Assembly (NCBI RefSeq): GCF_963921235.1
Contig: NC_086108.1
Coordinates: 110,548,001 to 110,612,000 of the forward strand
From: Mobula hypostoma
Taxonomy: Eukaryota
Reading direction: 5' to 3'
DNA length: 64,000 nucleotides
Each line of letters starts with the position of its first letter. Within the stretch, counting starts at the first letter, position 1. Both the position numbers and the translations under genes were made by a program. This document shows positions 51,542 to 64,000 of the stretch, piece by piece. Under the pieces are notes generated by a model that was not told the DNA's origin, searched no databases, and saw only the letters and a list, made by a program, of their open reading frames with translations.

Positions 51542-51936
51542 TTAAAAATTTATTACAGTTGTTATTATTATGCATTACACTGTACTGCTGCCGCAAATCA
51601 ACAACTTTCATGACATATGCTAGTGATATTAAATCTGAAACAGTTTCTGTTCTCCAGCATCTGCAGAATCTCTTACGTTAATGAAGACAGAATATAACTC
51701 CAGTGACGGGGTCACTCCCATGACCTTGTTGATATAGAATCTGTCAGTGAGGATTAGTCCACAAGAGAAAAGTAAGTTGTTGAGGAGAGTGGGCAACTGC
51801 TGGTTGAGGTTGGGTTGCTTATTGAGAGTGAAGTGGTCCAGAGTACGGGCAGGTATTGAGTGAAGATGGGTCCAGATTTATTGGGTTCTCAGGGGTTCAT
51901 GATGGGAGAAACCAACTCCACAGAACAAGCACTGAC

Positions 51937-52060
51937 CTCTGGAGCCCTGCTCAGACTGAGACACTGAGCTTCGTAGAGAGTGTTCTGAACAGACGGGGAA
52001 TAGATTCCACAATCGTAGGGACCAGCGAACGACTCGAGGATGGAATCCTTCACAGTATTC
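51937..52060 (-). CDS. UOX: Urate oxidase exon (W-NTVKDSILESFAGPYDCGIYSPSVQNTLYEAQCLSLSRAPE)
   Basis: Acceptor ttcctcctag|, donor GAG|gtcagt, 124 nt with correct phases. Contains the conserved FAGPYD.G.YSPSVQ.TLY motif. Confidence 0.96.
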
Positions 52061-54578
52061 CTAGGAGGAACAATAAACTCAATTTCAGCTGCTTCCTCAG
52101 TTTCCCCGCTCTCTCAGAGGCTGCAAGATCCCCAGTGGCATTAGGGTGGTAAGAGGCAGACCCTTACTGGTAAGTGTGTGGACACATAGGGAGGAGCAAC
52201 ATCTGGGTAGCCCCTATCCTTACGGCATGAACACTGAATTCTCCAGCTTCCAGTAATTCCTCCCACCTCCCCCCTCCCCGTTCTCTGTGGGTCACGTTCA
52301 ATGTACTGCTTGTTGACTTTTTTAAAAACTGTTTGTGCAATTTGTCCTCTTTTGCATATTGGATGTTTGTTGGTCTTTGTTGTGGGGTTTTCTTGTGTGG
52401 ATTCTTTGTGTTTCTTTTGTTTCGTGGCTGCCTGCAAGGAGATGAATCTCAAGGTTGTATGTGGCATAAATACTTTGATAATAATAGTACTTTGAACTTG
52501 GAACTTCTCTCTGTTTCCATTTCCCATTCTGGCTCCCTCTTGCCCCTTCTCTTCTCATCAGCTGCCTATCACCTCCCTCTGGTTCCTCCTCCTCCCCTCC
52601 TTCACTCTCTTCCATGGTCCACTCGCCTCTCCTATCAGACTCTGTCTTCTTCAGCACTTTACCTTCTACACCTATCAGCTCCCAGCTTCTTATTTCATCC
52701 CCCCTCCCCTACTTCCCCCTCACCTGGTCTCACCCATCACCTGCCAGTTTGTTCTCCTTCCTGTCCTGGCTTCTTCCTCCTTCATCCCAGTCCTGATGAA
52801 GGGGCTTGGCCTGAAACATTGACTGTTTATTCATTTCCATAGATGCTGCCTGACCTGCTGAGTTCCCCCAGCATTTTGTGTGCGTTACCCCGTTTACACT
52901 GATGAAGGGTTCTGTGTGCGCCTGTGTGTGAGTGGGTGGGTGGGGCAGAGAAAGGGGGCTTGTTTCCTTGTTGTTTGTGTTGTTCTGCCAAGCATTGTGG
53001 GAATGCAGTGCTGGTGCCGGAATGCGTGACGGTACTTGCGGCTGCCCCCAGCACATCCTTAGCTTTAGAAGATAGAAGTTTAGCTCTGTTAGTCACACGG
53101 ACGTTGAAACACTGAAACCCACAGAGAAATGTGTCATTTTGCACCCAATCAAATCAGCAAGGATTGTGCTGAACAGCTGGCGAGGGTCACCACACTTCCG
53201 GTGCCTACGACGTTGTACAAACCTGACAGAGCCACTGGCACCCAATGTCTTCTGCCTCCACATGGTCCATATCCCTCCCTCTCCCTCCAATCTCTGCTCA
53301 TTCATGTGCCTGAAAGAAATCCTCTTGAATGCCCCCATCGTATCTGCGTCTAAAACCGTCCCTGAGAGCACCCACCACTCTGAGTACAATCCGTGTGGAG
53401 GAAAGACCATAGAACATCACACCATAAAACATAGGAGCAAAATCAGGCCATTTGGCCCATTGTGTCTGTTCCACCATTCCATCATGTCTGATTTATTATC
53501 CCTCTCAATCCCATTCTCCTGCCTTCTCCCGTGACTATTGATGCTTGACTAATCAAGAACCCATTAACCTCCACATTAAATATCAAAGGTTCAAAGATTC
53601 AGTTTAATGTCAGAGAAATGTATACAATATACATCCTGAAATGCTTTTTCTTTGCAAACATCCATGAAAACAGAGAAGTGCCCCAAAGAATGAACGACAG
53701 ATTAACTAAGATCTCTGAAGTCCCCCCAGCTCCCCCCTCTCCCGCGTGCACGTGGCTGCGAGCAACGATCCCTCTCCCCCCACCAGCAAAACAAAGCAAG
53801 CATCGTCACCGAGCACTCAAGCGTGAGCAAAGCAACAGCAAAGACACAGACTTGCAGTTACCCCAAAGACTTCGCGTTTCACCCGGCATTCGACATACCA
53901 CAGGTTCTCTCTCTCCCCAATAAGGGAGAAAAAGGTGTCTCCATTTTCCTGTGAGCGGGGAGACATAACAGACAACTCACTGGTTTATGACGTTAAAAAC
54001 TCCATTACGTCGCTACTTTTGAGCTCTATACCCAATGACTTGGCCTCCATATCCATCTGTGGTAATGAATTCCATCGATTCACCACCCTCTGGCTAAGAA
54101 ATTCCTTCTCGTCTCTGCTCTTAAGACAAGTCCTCCTATTCTGAAACTGTGCCCTCTGGTCCTAGACTCCCCCACTACAGGAAACATCCTCTCCACGTCC
54201 ACTCTACCCAGGCCTTTTAATAGTTTATAGGTTTCGCTGAGATTCCCCCCACCCCCACATTCTTCCAAGCTCCGGCGAGTACTGGCCTAGAGCCATCAAA
54301 CACTCCTCACAGCAGAACTGTTTCATCCCTGGAATCATTCTCGTGAACCTTCTCTGGACCCTGTCCAATGCAAGCACGTCCCTTCTCAGATAAGGGGCCC
54401 AAAACTGTTCACAATGATCTTTCCAAGGAATCTCTCCTTGTTCCTTACAGGGCTATGCGTGGTCTAAACACATTCCCAGTGACATGGTGGCCGGGACATT
54501 CGAGGAGAGTGGGGTTGATGTGAGGGAATTGCTTTGAATGACCCCACCAATAGCAGCGCTTTGGTTACACCAACGTAC

Positions 54579-54765
54579 CAGACGGCATCGAAGTTGATTG
54601 GCCTTGAGGTGCTGTAGCGCCACTTGGCATACACAGTGGTGGAGAAGATCCGATCCTTCACTTCAGGCAGTGTGGTGAAGCGGTCCTTCTGAAAGCCCTC
54701 GAACCCAGATTGCATTGTCTTCAGCACCTGCATGTCCTTGATTCCAGAATGAATCACGGCTGGCT
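54579..54765 (-). CDS. UOX: Urate oxidase exon ([63 protein letters not shown])
   Basis: Acceptor tttgcag|, donor TG|gtacgt, 187 nt. Contains the uricase signature region LKT.QSGFEGF.KD.FTTLPE..DR. Confidence 0.97.
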
Positions 54766-54843
54766 CTGCAAACCAAAAATATGTAATCTGGTAAGTCACC
54801 AAAGACTATCAAATCTATACAGATGTACCGTGGAGAGCATTCT

Positions 54844-55012
54844 CAAACACAAGAAAATCTGCAGGCACTGGAAATACAGGCAATACACACAAAATGCTGG
54901 AGGAACTCAGCAGACTAGGCAGCATGACTGATGAAGGGTCTCGTCTCGAAAAGTCAACTGTTTACTCTTTCCCATGGATGCTGCCTGGCGTGTTGAGTTC
55001 CTCCAGCACTTT
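54844..55012. mobile_element. Mini inverted Penelope-terminus element inserted in a Rex-like fragment
   Basis: Inverted tgctggaggaactca / tgagttcctccagca arms. 14-bp TSD GTGGAGAGCATTCT (54830-54843, 55013-55026). Confidence 0.8.
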
Positions 55013-55512
55013 GTGGAGAGCATTCTGACTGGTTGCATCATCGTCTGGTATGGAGACTCCAATGCACAGGATCGGGAAAAGTTGTAGAAGATTGTAGACT
55101 CGGCCAGCTCCATGATGGCTCCTAACCTCACCACCATTAAGGACATCTTGAAAAGAAGGCAGCACCGCGGTAGTGTAACGGTGAGCGCAATGCTATTACT
55201 GCTTGGGAACTCATTGTCTGGAGTTCATTTCTGGTGCCGTCTGTAAGGAGTTTGTGTGTTATCCCTGTGGCGATATGGATTTCCTCCTGGTGCTCTGGTT
55301 TCCTCCCTCAGTCCAAAGACGTACAGGTTAGTAGGCTAATTGGTGTTGTCAATTGTCCTGTGATGAGGCCAGTGTTAAGTAACTGGGTTGGTTGGTGGCA
55401 CAGCTTGTTCTCTGCTCTACATAGATCTAAGCAAATTAGACAGACAGTCAGACAGATAGATAAATAGATAGATCCATCATGAAGAACCTACACCACCTAG
55501 GACAGGGTGTCC

Positions 55513-58500
55513 AGGGTACTGTACCTTATGGTGATGGAGACGCTTGTGGGATCCTGAGAGCCTGAGAGTGATGCCGCCTGGAGTTTAGCTCCTGGTAGGG
55601 TGAGGATGTGGATGATGTATAGTGAAACTAAGGCCTCGGCAGTAGAGCAGGCGGAAGATTATGGTAAATCAGTCTCCGGAATCTCGGGACTACAAGGACC
55701 ACAACAACGGCTGTGCAGGTGGAGGAGGGCTGCCAATCGTCTCGGTCTCTATGCCATTGGATTTTGGACCCTTCTCTGTCAAGGACTGTGAGGCGGCTGC
55801 CTGTGCATCAGTCTCCCAATGTTAAAAGGCCTCACGCACAGGAATTTTTCCTGGCTTGCCAATCTTGTGGCAATCAGGAAGCGGTGACTGAAGCAAGACA
55901 GTGAAGTCTGGGAGCTCCCAGCCACAACCTGGCACACAGGGTGTTAGATACAGTTGTCTTGCTCTTGGATTGAGGCAGACAGAGCTTTTTGACAGCTGCC
56001 CCCATGGCCGAGCGCCTCTATTCTGGACCCACTCTGCTCACCTCTCGCGGGAAAGGTACCCGAAAAATAGCCTGCCTCCTCACTCCTGACTGGATTACCG
56101 CATCCAGTGGGATCACCATACTGCAGTGTGAAATAAAAGCAGATGAACTTGGAGCCTGGATTGTGCTGAACACTTACGGAGAGCGAAACCAGCAATCACC
56201 CTGAAAGACGTACTGCCATCATCTCAAGAGAGCCGAAGAGATTCCGAATTGACCTTGACACTCTCTCTGAAATGTGATTGGCCAAGGAAGGACAATTGAA
56301 GGAGAAGAAGGGTGATTACATCTTTTCCTGGAAGGGGAAATCGGCAGATGAACCCAGAATCCACGGAGTTGGATTCACCCTAATGAACAGCATCATCAGC
56401 CACCTTTCCAAATTGCATCTCATGACCATGCATCTTCAACTCGCTAACAACCAAATGGCTACAACTGTGAGTGCTCACGCGCCAACCCTAGACTCACCAG
56501 ACGATGTTAAAGAGACATTCTATGTTGACCTAGACCGCATACTATCAGATATATTGTCATTCTTCTTGATTTCAATGCTAGAGTTGGCAGGGACAATGAC
56601 TCATGGAAAGGCACAATTGGGAAAGAAGATGTTGGTAACATCAACTCCAGTGGAGTGCTCTTACTCTCCAAGTGTGCTGAACATGACTTGACCATCACCA
56701 ACACCCTGTTCCGCCAGAGAAATAAGGTGACAGCTTCATGGATGCATCCCTGTTCAAGGACTTGGCATCTTATCGATTATGTCATTGTTTGGAGGAGGGT
56801 TTGCAGAGGTGTAAAGAATATAAGAGCCATGATCAATGCTGATGATGGTGGGACAGACCAACGGTTTACTCACTCACAAACGTCCATCAAAATCATACGG
56901 AGGAGTAGAGTGTAAAAGAAGCTGAGCCATCCCAGTTTCAACATTGAGAGCCTAAAGAAGATACAGTGAATGTACAACATCTCCAGGCTGCCCTTTCTGA
57001 AAGATTCTCAAAGCAAACTGAAGACCACCATCCTTGATACTTGTAAAAACATCGCTGGGTACAAGACCAGGAAAAACAAAGACTGGTTTGATGAAAATGA
57101 GAATGAAATAGAAGAGCTAATGAACGACAAAAGGAAAACTATCTGTGCCTGGCAGAAGAACATCAACGGTACGGCAAAAAGATAAGCCCACTCCACAGCT
57201 AAGCCCGTAGTCCAGCGTAGAGTAAGGGAAAAAAAGAATCAGTGGTGGACTGAGAGATCCCTAGAAACACAGAAGCCTGCTGACTCAGGTGATATCAGGA
57301 TTTCTTTATTGCACTCAAGGCAGTCTATGGTCCAAACCATCATGGCCTAAACCCCTTTCGCTCCAAAGATGGACAAAGGCTGCCCAAGGACAATGATGCC
57401 ATCAATTCTCAATGGAAGGAACACTTTCCAGGGCTACTTAATCCTAACACCACTGTTGACATTGAAGTTGTCAACCCCTCCCACAAGGACCCATGAAGGA
57501 AGAGATGAGTGAGCCTCCCAGTATCAAAGAGGTGCAGACAGCTTGCAAGAAATTGAGGAACAACAAGGCCACTGGACCTGATGGAATTACAACAGAAGCC
57601 CTCAAGGAAGGAGGCACAGAACTTTTAAACCATATTCATGACCTGCTTGTCAAGATGTGGGACCAGGAGAAGATTCCAGCTGCACCCAGGGATGCCCTGA
57701 TTGTCACACTCTTCAAAAAGGGTGACAAAGCTGACTGTGGAAATTATAAAGGCATCTCCCTCCTCTCTACAACAGGAAAGGTGTTCACCCAAATTTTATG
57801 TGACCTGCTTTCACCTCTGGCAGAAGATCTCCTGCCTGAGTCTCAGTGTGGCCTCCGTCCAGCCAGAGAAATATCTGACATGATTTTTACACTACCCCAA
57901 TTGCAGGAGGAAGCCAGGAACAAAATCTCCCACTTTATATGGCCTTCATAGACCTTACAAAAGCATTTGACTCTGTAAAATGCCTTGCCATTTGGCAGGT
58001 GTTGTCCAAAGTTGGGTGCCCAGAGAAATACCTCAAGATCCTCCAGCTCTTACGCAATGATATGAGCGCAACAGTCATCAGCAATAGCGGTTCTGAAACA
58101 GCACCTTTTAATGTTGAGACCGGGGTCAAACAGGGGTGCATCATTGCCCCAACTCTTTGCTGTTTTCATTACAACCATTCTTCACATCACAGGCCAAGTT
58201 TTCACACAAGGAGTCCAGATTCTCTATCAGACAGATAGGAGGCTCTTTAACCTTAACAGGTTCAAGGCAGAGAGCAAGGTGTCAACTATATCCATCATGG
58301 AGCTCCAATCTGCAGACTACAACACAATGGTAGCTCACTCTGAGGAGAATCTGCAGTGCATAATGGATGCTTTTGTCAGAGCATACAAGCTCCTGGGACT
58401 TGATCTAAGAAAACCCAAGCCCTGCACCAACCTGCTCCAGATTGAGCTCCTAACCCTCCAACCATCCAAGTTGAAACATCCCTCTGCAGAACGCTGATCA

Positions 58501-59252
58501 TTTCCCATATCTTGGTAGTCTTCTTTCTTCAAGAGCCAACACTGACCTTGAAGTAAATCGCAGAATAGGGTGTGCGAGTGGAGCTTCTGCCAGGTTGAGA
58601 AACCTTTTGAAGATCAGGATATTAAGACCAACACTAAGCTTCTGGTCCAGCAGGCACATAAAATCCCTGGAAACTTACATCGAAGATGCCTCAGAAAGAG
58701 TCTGAGTTAGCTGGAAGAACAGGTGTACTAACTCCAGCATCCTGGAGGAAGCTAACATTAAAACCATAGCCACAATCGTGACTCAACACTGATTGTGATG
58801 GGTCGGCCACATTATCGATATGCCTGACTCCTGCTTCCCTAAACAATTCCTGTTCGGCCAACTCAAGGATGCAAAGCGCACTCCTGGAGGGCAGAGAAAG
58901 TGGTTCAAGGAGACGATCAAGACCCAGCTGAGGAAGTCCCACAGCAACCTGAGTGGGTGGGAAAAATTAATACGGGGTAGGGGAAGCTGGAGAAGGACTG
59001 TGGATGAGGGGACTGCACAGCTCGAAGAATATCTCCACCGTCCCACTGAGCTTCAACGTAAGGAGAGACTGGGAAAGGCCCAACCAGTTACATCCATCAC
59101 CACCTCAATGACCTACACCTGCCAACACTGCAGTAGGACTTGTGGATCACAGATCGACCTCTTCAGTCATCTCAAACCCACGAGTGACCAGATCAACCAC
59201 CAGGAGAAAATCATACTCGACTACGAATGATCACTCATGATGATGATGATGA
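55513..59252 (+). mobile_element. Near-full-length decayed RTE-clade LINE
   Basis: AP endonuclease remnants (HGVGF, SAHAPT, WMHP...WHLIDYVI), RT remnants (KATGPDGI, AFIDLTKAFDSV, GVKQGC), C-terminal CxxC...H and a (GAT)n tail. Many frameshifts. Confidence 0.88.
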
Positions 59253-59253
59253 C

Positions 59254-59740
59254 TGGGGGGTGTTGTTGAACAGAGGGAGTGAGGGGTACAGGTACAGGGT
59301 GTCCTGGGGGGTGTTGTAGAACAGAGGGAGTGAGGGGTACAGGTACAGGGTGTCGTGGGGGGTGTTGTAGAACAGAGGGAGTGGGGGGTACAGGTACAGG
59401 GTGTCCTGGGGGGTGTTGTTGAACAGAGGGAGTGAGGGGTACAGGTACAGGGTGTCCTGGGGGGTGTTGTAGAACAGAGGGAGTGGGGGGTACAGGTACA
59501 GGGTGTCGTGGGGGGTGTTGTAGAACAGAGGGAGTGGGGGGTACAGGTACAGGGTGTCCTGGGGGGTGTTGTTGAACAGAGGGAGTGAGGGGTACAGGTA
59601 CAGGGTGTCCTGGGGGGTGTTGTAGAACAGAGGGAGTGAGGGGTACAGGTACAGGGTGTCGTGGGGGGTGTTGTTGAACAGAGGGAGTGGGGGGTACAGG
59701 TACAGGGTGTCCCGGGGGGTGTTGTAGAACAGAGGGAGCT
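59254..59740 (+). repeat. G-rich minisatellite, 51-bp unit, about 9.5 copies
   Basis: Unit GGGGGGTGTTGTAGAACAGAGGGAGTGAGGGGTACAGGTACAGGGTGTCCT. Confidence 0.92.
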
Positions 59741-60024
59741 ACATGTGCAGTTTCAAAAATAAGGAAGTTATGTTGCAGTTTTATAAAACTCTAGTTAGGC
59801 CACATCTGGAGTATTGCATACAGTTCTGGTCACCCCATTACAGGAAGGATGTTGAGAGATTGGAGAGGGTGAGAATAGGTTTACCTGGTTGCTGCCTGGA
59901 TTAGAGGGCATGTGTTATAACAAGAGGTTGGACAAAATTGGGCTGTTTTCTCTGGAGTGGTGGAGGCTGAGATCTGATGAGAGTCATGGATAGAGTAGAC
60001 TGACAGTGTGGTTGTAATGTCTAA

Positions 60025-62120
60025 TATAGTGGGGGTAAAGGGAATTATAGAGGAATGAGAGAGGAGTTCGCCAGAATTGATCGGAAAAGAATACTGGCAG
60101 GGATGACGGTAGAGCAGCAATGGGTGGAATTTCTGGAAGCAATTCAGAAGGCACAGGATATATATGTCCCAAAGAGGAAGAGGTATTCTAACGCAAGATG
60201 ACACAACTGTGGCTAACAAGTGAAGTCGAAGCTTTCAAAACTCAACAGAAAGTAACTAAAAATGTCATTTCGAAGGTAAAGATGAAATATGAAAGCAAGC
60301 TCGCCAATAATATTAAAGAGGATACCAAAAGTTTCTTCAGATACATATTGTGTAAAAGAGAGGTGAAAGTGGATATCAGACTACTGGAAAACGATGTTGG
60401 AGAGGGAGTAATGTGGGACAGGGAAATGACGGATGAACTGAATAAATATTTTGCGTCAGTCTTCACTGCGGAAGCCACAAGCTGTATGGTGGAAGTTTCA
60501 CTCTTCAGGAAGGGAGAGAGGCAGAAGAAAGGAAACTATAGGCCAGCTAGATTGACCTCAGAGTTTGGGAAGATATTGGAGTCGATTGTTAAGGATGAGT
60601 TCTCAGGGTACTTGGAAGCACATGATGAAATAGGCCGTAGTCAGCATGGTTTCCTCAAGGGAAAACCTTGTCTGACAAATCTGTTGGAATGCTTTAAATA
60701 ACATGCAGAATAGACAAAGAAGAATCAGTTGATGTTGTGTACTTGGATTTTCAGAAGGCTTCTGACAAGATGCCACACATGAGGCTGCTTAACAAGCTAT
60801 GAGCCCATGGCATTACAGGAAAGAGTCTAGCATGGATAAAGCATTGACTGATTGGCAGGAGGCAAAGAGTGGGGATAAAGGGAACCTTCTCTGGTTGGCT
60901 GCCAGTGACTAGTGATGTTCCACAGGGGTCTATGTTGGGATCTTTATGTTATATGTCAATGATTTAGAGGATGGAATTGATGGTTTTGTTACAAAGTTTG
61001 CAGCTAATATGAGGATAGGTGGAGGGACAGATAGTTTTGAGTAAATATAAAGGCTACAGAAGGACTTAGATAGATTAGGAGAATGGCAAAGAAGGAATAC
61101 AGTGCTGGGAAGTGTATGGTCATGCACTTTGGTAGAAGTAATGAAAGGGTGTACTATTTTCTAAATGAAGAGAAAATACAAAAAACTGATGTGCAAAGGG
61201 GCTGAGGTGCCTGGCCAAGTGGTTAAGGCATCGGTCTAGTGATTTGAAGGTTGCTAGTTCGAGCCTCAACTGAGGCAGCGTGTTGTGTCCTTGAGCAAGG
61301 CACTTAACCACACATTGCTCTGCGATGACACCGGTGCCAAGCTGTATGGGTTCTAATGCCCTTCCCTTGGACAACATCGGTGGCGTGGAGAGGGGAGACT
61401 TGCAGCATGGGCAACTGCTGGTCTTCCATACAACCTTGCCCAGGCCTGTGCCCTGAAAACCTTCCAAGGCGCACGAGACTAACGGATGCCTAAAAAAGGG
61501 GGCTTGGGAGTCCTTGTGCAGGATTCCCTAAAGGTTCATTTGCAGGTTAAGTCTCTGATGTGGAAGGCAAATGCAATGTTGGCATTTATTTCAAGAGGAC
61601 TAGAATATAAAAGCAAGGATGTAATGTTGAGACTTTATAAAGCACTGGTGAGGCCTCACTTGGAGTCTCATGAGCATTTTTGGCCCCTTATCTTAGAAAG
61701 GATGAGCTGAAACTGGAGAGGGTTCAAAGGAGGTTCACAAAAATGATTCCAGGATTGAATAGCTTGTCATACGAAGAGCGCTTGATGGCTCTGAGGATGT
61801 TTCCTATGGTGGGAGCATCGATGGCCGGAGGACACAGCCTCAGAATAGAGGGGTTTCCTTTTAGAATGAGGATGGGGAGGAAGATGAGGAGTGTGGTGAA
61901 TCTGTGGAATTCCTTGCCACAGGCAGCAATGGGGTCCAAGTCTATATATATACTTAAGCAGAGGTTGATAGTTCCTTGAGTGGTCAGGGCATGAAGGGAT
62001 ATTAGGAGGGGGGGAAGGCAGGGGATTGGGGCTGAGAGGAAAATTGGATCAGCCGTGATGAAATGCCAGAGCAAACTCAATGGGCATATGTCCTAATTCT
62101 GCTCCTTTATCTTATGGTCT
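60025..62120 (+). mobile_element. Internally deleted CR1-clade LINE with a nested SINE
   Basis: NKYFASVFT, GNYRP, QHGFLKGK, LVRPHLE and a CR1 3' end. Confidence 0.85.
61205..61492 (+). mobile_element. Same SINE family, nested in CR1
   Basis: Near-identical to 51235-51541, with a short internal deletion near the tail. Confidence 0.8.
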
Positions 62121-63134
62121 AATACCAGAGGGCACGCACTGAAGATGAGAGGAGGTAATTTCAAAGCACATGTGAGTGGCAGGTCTTTTACACAGAGAGT
62201 GGAGGGTGCCTGGAATGCATTACCTGGGATGTTTGTAGAGGCAGATACAGTAGAGACTTTTAAGAAATGTTTGGATAGAGACATAAATGAGGAAAATGGA
62301 AGGATAGGTACATTGTGCAGGCAAAGGAGATTAGTTAGTTGGCTATTTAATTACAAATTGAATTGTTTTGACACAACACGGTGGCTGAAGGGCCTGTTTC
62401 TGTACCGTGCTGTTCTATGTCCTATGAGCCATGCCTCCTGTGAACAGGCGATGGATCAGCCTCTGCATCCAGCACATAATTCTCCGAAACATCCACCATA
62501 TCTAATGGGATCCCGCCACCAAGCACATCCTTCCCTCCACCCCACTCCCACTTCCTGCTTTCCACAGGGATCGCACCCTACACAACTCCCTTATCCACTC
62601 GCCCCTCCCCACTGATCTCCCTCCTGGCACTTTCCCCCTTCACCATTTCCCATCCCCTTTTCCCTCTCTCACCTTACCTCCTTGTCCACCCATCGCCTCC
62701 CTCTAGTGCTCCTCCCCTCTTCTCTTTCGTCCATGGCCTTCTGTCTCTTATATCAATTTCAATCCCAGCTCTTTATTTCATCCCCTCCCCCTCCAGGTTT
62801 CACCTATCACCTGGTGTTTCTCTCTCCCCTCGCCCCACCTTTTAAATCTACCTCCTCATCTTTTTTTCTCCAGTCCTGCCGAAGGGTTTCGGCCTGAAAC
62901 GTCAAATGAACTCTTTTCCATAGATGCTGCCTGGCCTGTTGAGTTGCTCAGATTTCTGCATCTGCAGATTTTCCCTGGCTTGTGATGTTAATCACTCACT
63001 CACTGAGGCCATCCCACACGGACTGGGAATCGCAGCATTGCCCAGGCTACACTGACCGTTTCAGAGGTAGCCCACCGCCAAGCCCAGCTGGATGGACTCT
63101 ATGACCCTGAGCAGATTGGGGAGTAGGAACGTAC

Positions 63135-63213
63135 CATTCTGGGTCTCCTCAACCACGCAGAAACGGGTGGTTTCTCCGCTACGAATGAAGGCATGGGTGT
63201 GCTCCTGTCCATC
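63135..63213 (-). CDS. UOX: Urate oxidase exon (DGQEHTHAFIRSGETTRFCVVEETQN-G); more 5' exons lie beyond the window
   Basis: Minus-strand acceptor cttcctctag|, donor G|gtacgt. Resembles vertebrate uricase NGVKHVHAFI...HFCEVEQ. Phase 1 joins 54765. Confidence 0.92.
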
Positions 63214-64000
63214 CTAGAGGAAGGAATGAGCCCATGTTAGTTCTGGTCAGCTAGTTACCGAGGGTCGTTAACTATACCCTAATAACTTTAGTGTCCTCCT
63301 GACAATCCAAGTCCAACCTGATGGGGTTGATGGGACGATAAGAAAGACATACGACATAGTTAATTAAGTCCAGAGACAGGATGTTATGTTGCATCTTTAG
63401 AGAGCTTGACCACATCTGGATTATTGGGTTCAGTTCTGGTCAATGCATTATAGGGAGGTTGTGGAGGCTTTGGAGAACATACAGAAGAGGTTTACCTGGA
63501 CGCTGCCTGGATTGGAGGGCATGTGCTATAACAAGAGGTTAGACAAACTTGGATTGTTTAACAAGAGCTGGAATCACAGACTGGGGTTCAATTCCTTCCG
63601 CTGTCTGTAAGGAGTTTGTACGTTCTCCCCATGACCGCATAGTTTCCTCTGAGAGCTCTGGTTTCCTGCCACTCTCCAAAGACATCTGGGTTAGAGTTAG
63701 TCAGCTGAGGGCATGCTAATTTGGTGACAGAAGCATGACAATGCTTTTGGGCTGTGTTGGTTGTTGACACAAATGACGCATCTCACTCTATGTTTCGATG
63801 TTTGGATGTAACCGTGACAATTAAAGCTAATCTTCCCCTTTCTCTGGAGCGGCAGAGCACTTGAATAGGCACACAGGTGGCTATGGACTGACCGCAGGAA
63901 AATGGGACTGTTTGGGTGACAATGTGGTCAGCATTGACCGGTCGGGCCGAAGAGCCTGTACTTGTGCTGTATAGCTCTGTGACTCAATCAGGTTAAGGTA

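Noticed and set aside
43629..63213. UOX as a pseudogene or as a reptile-type cysteine-rich uricase
   Set aside because: All visible exons are open, in phase and end in SKL. Only three Cys occur in about 180 residues.

Overview
Repeat-rich vertebrate genomic DNA. A cartilaginous fish (shark or ray) is inferred from the abundant HE1-like V-SINEs, CR1 LINEs and Penelope elements. Two convergent intron-containing genes were assembled by hand from splice sites and reading phase. SAMD13 lies on + (candidate exon 4065-4146, then 15269-15362, 19518-19626 and 24461-24610). The 3' five coding exons of urate oxidase/uricase (UOX) lie on - (63135-63213, 54579-54765, 51937-52060, 47179-47262, 43629-43703) and end in the peroxisomal signal SKL*. 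Most of the rest is transposon-derived. The most notable items are: (i) a young Gmr1-like Gypsy LTR element whose 969-aa ORF keeps Gag and protease but has lost the integrase and RT catalytic cores; (ii) hairpin-shaped Penelope insertions with 12-14 bp TSDs and minimal hammerhead ribozyme motifs, the largest (about 3.8 kb, arms about 1.65 kb) sitting in the UOX polyadenylation site; (iii) a solo LTR inserted inside a UOX splice donor that happens to regenerate the GTGAGT consensus. Boundaries of old repeats are approximate and read by eye; no database searches were run.
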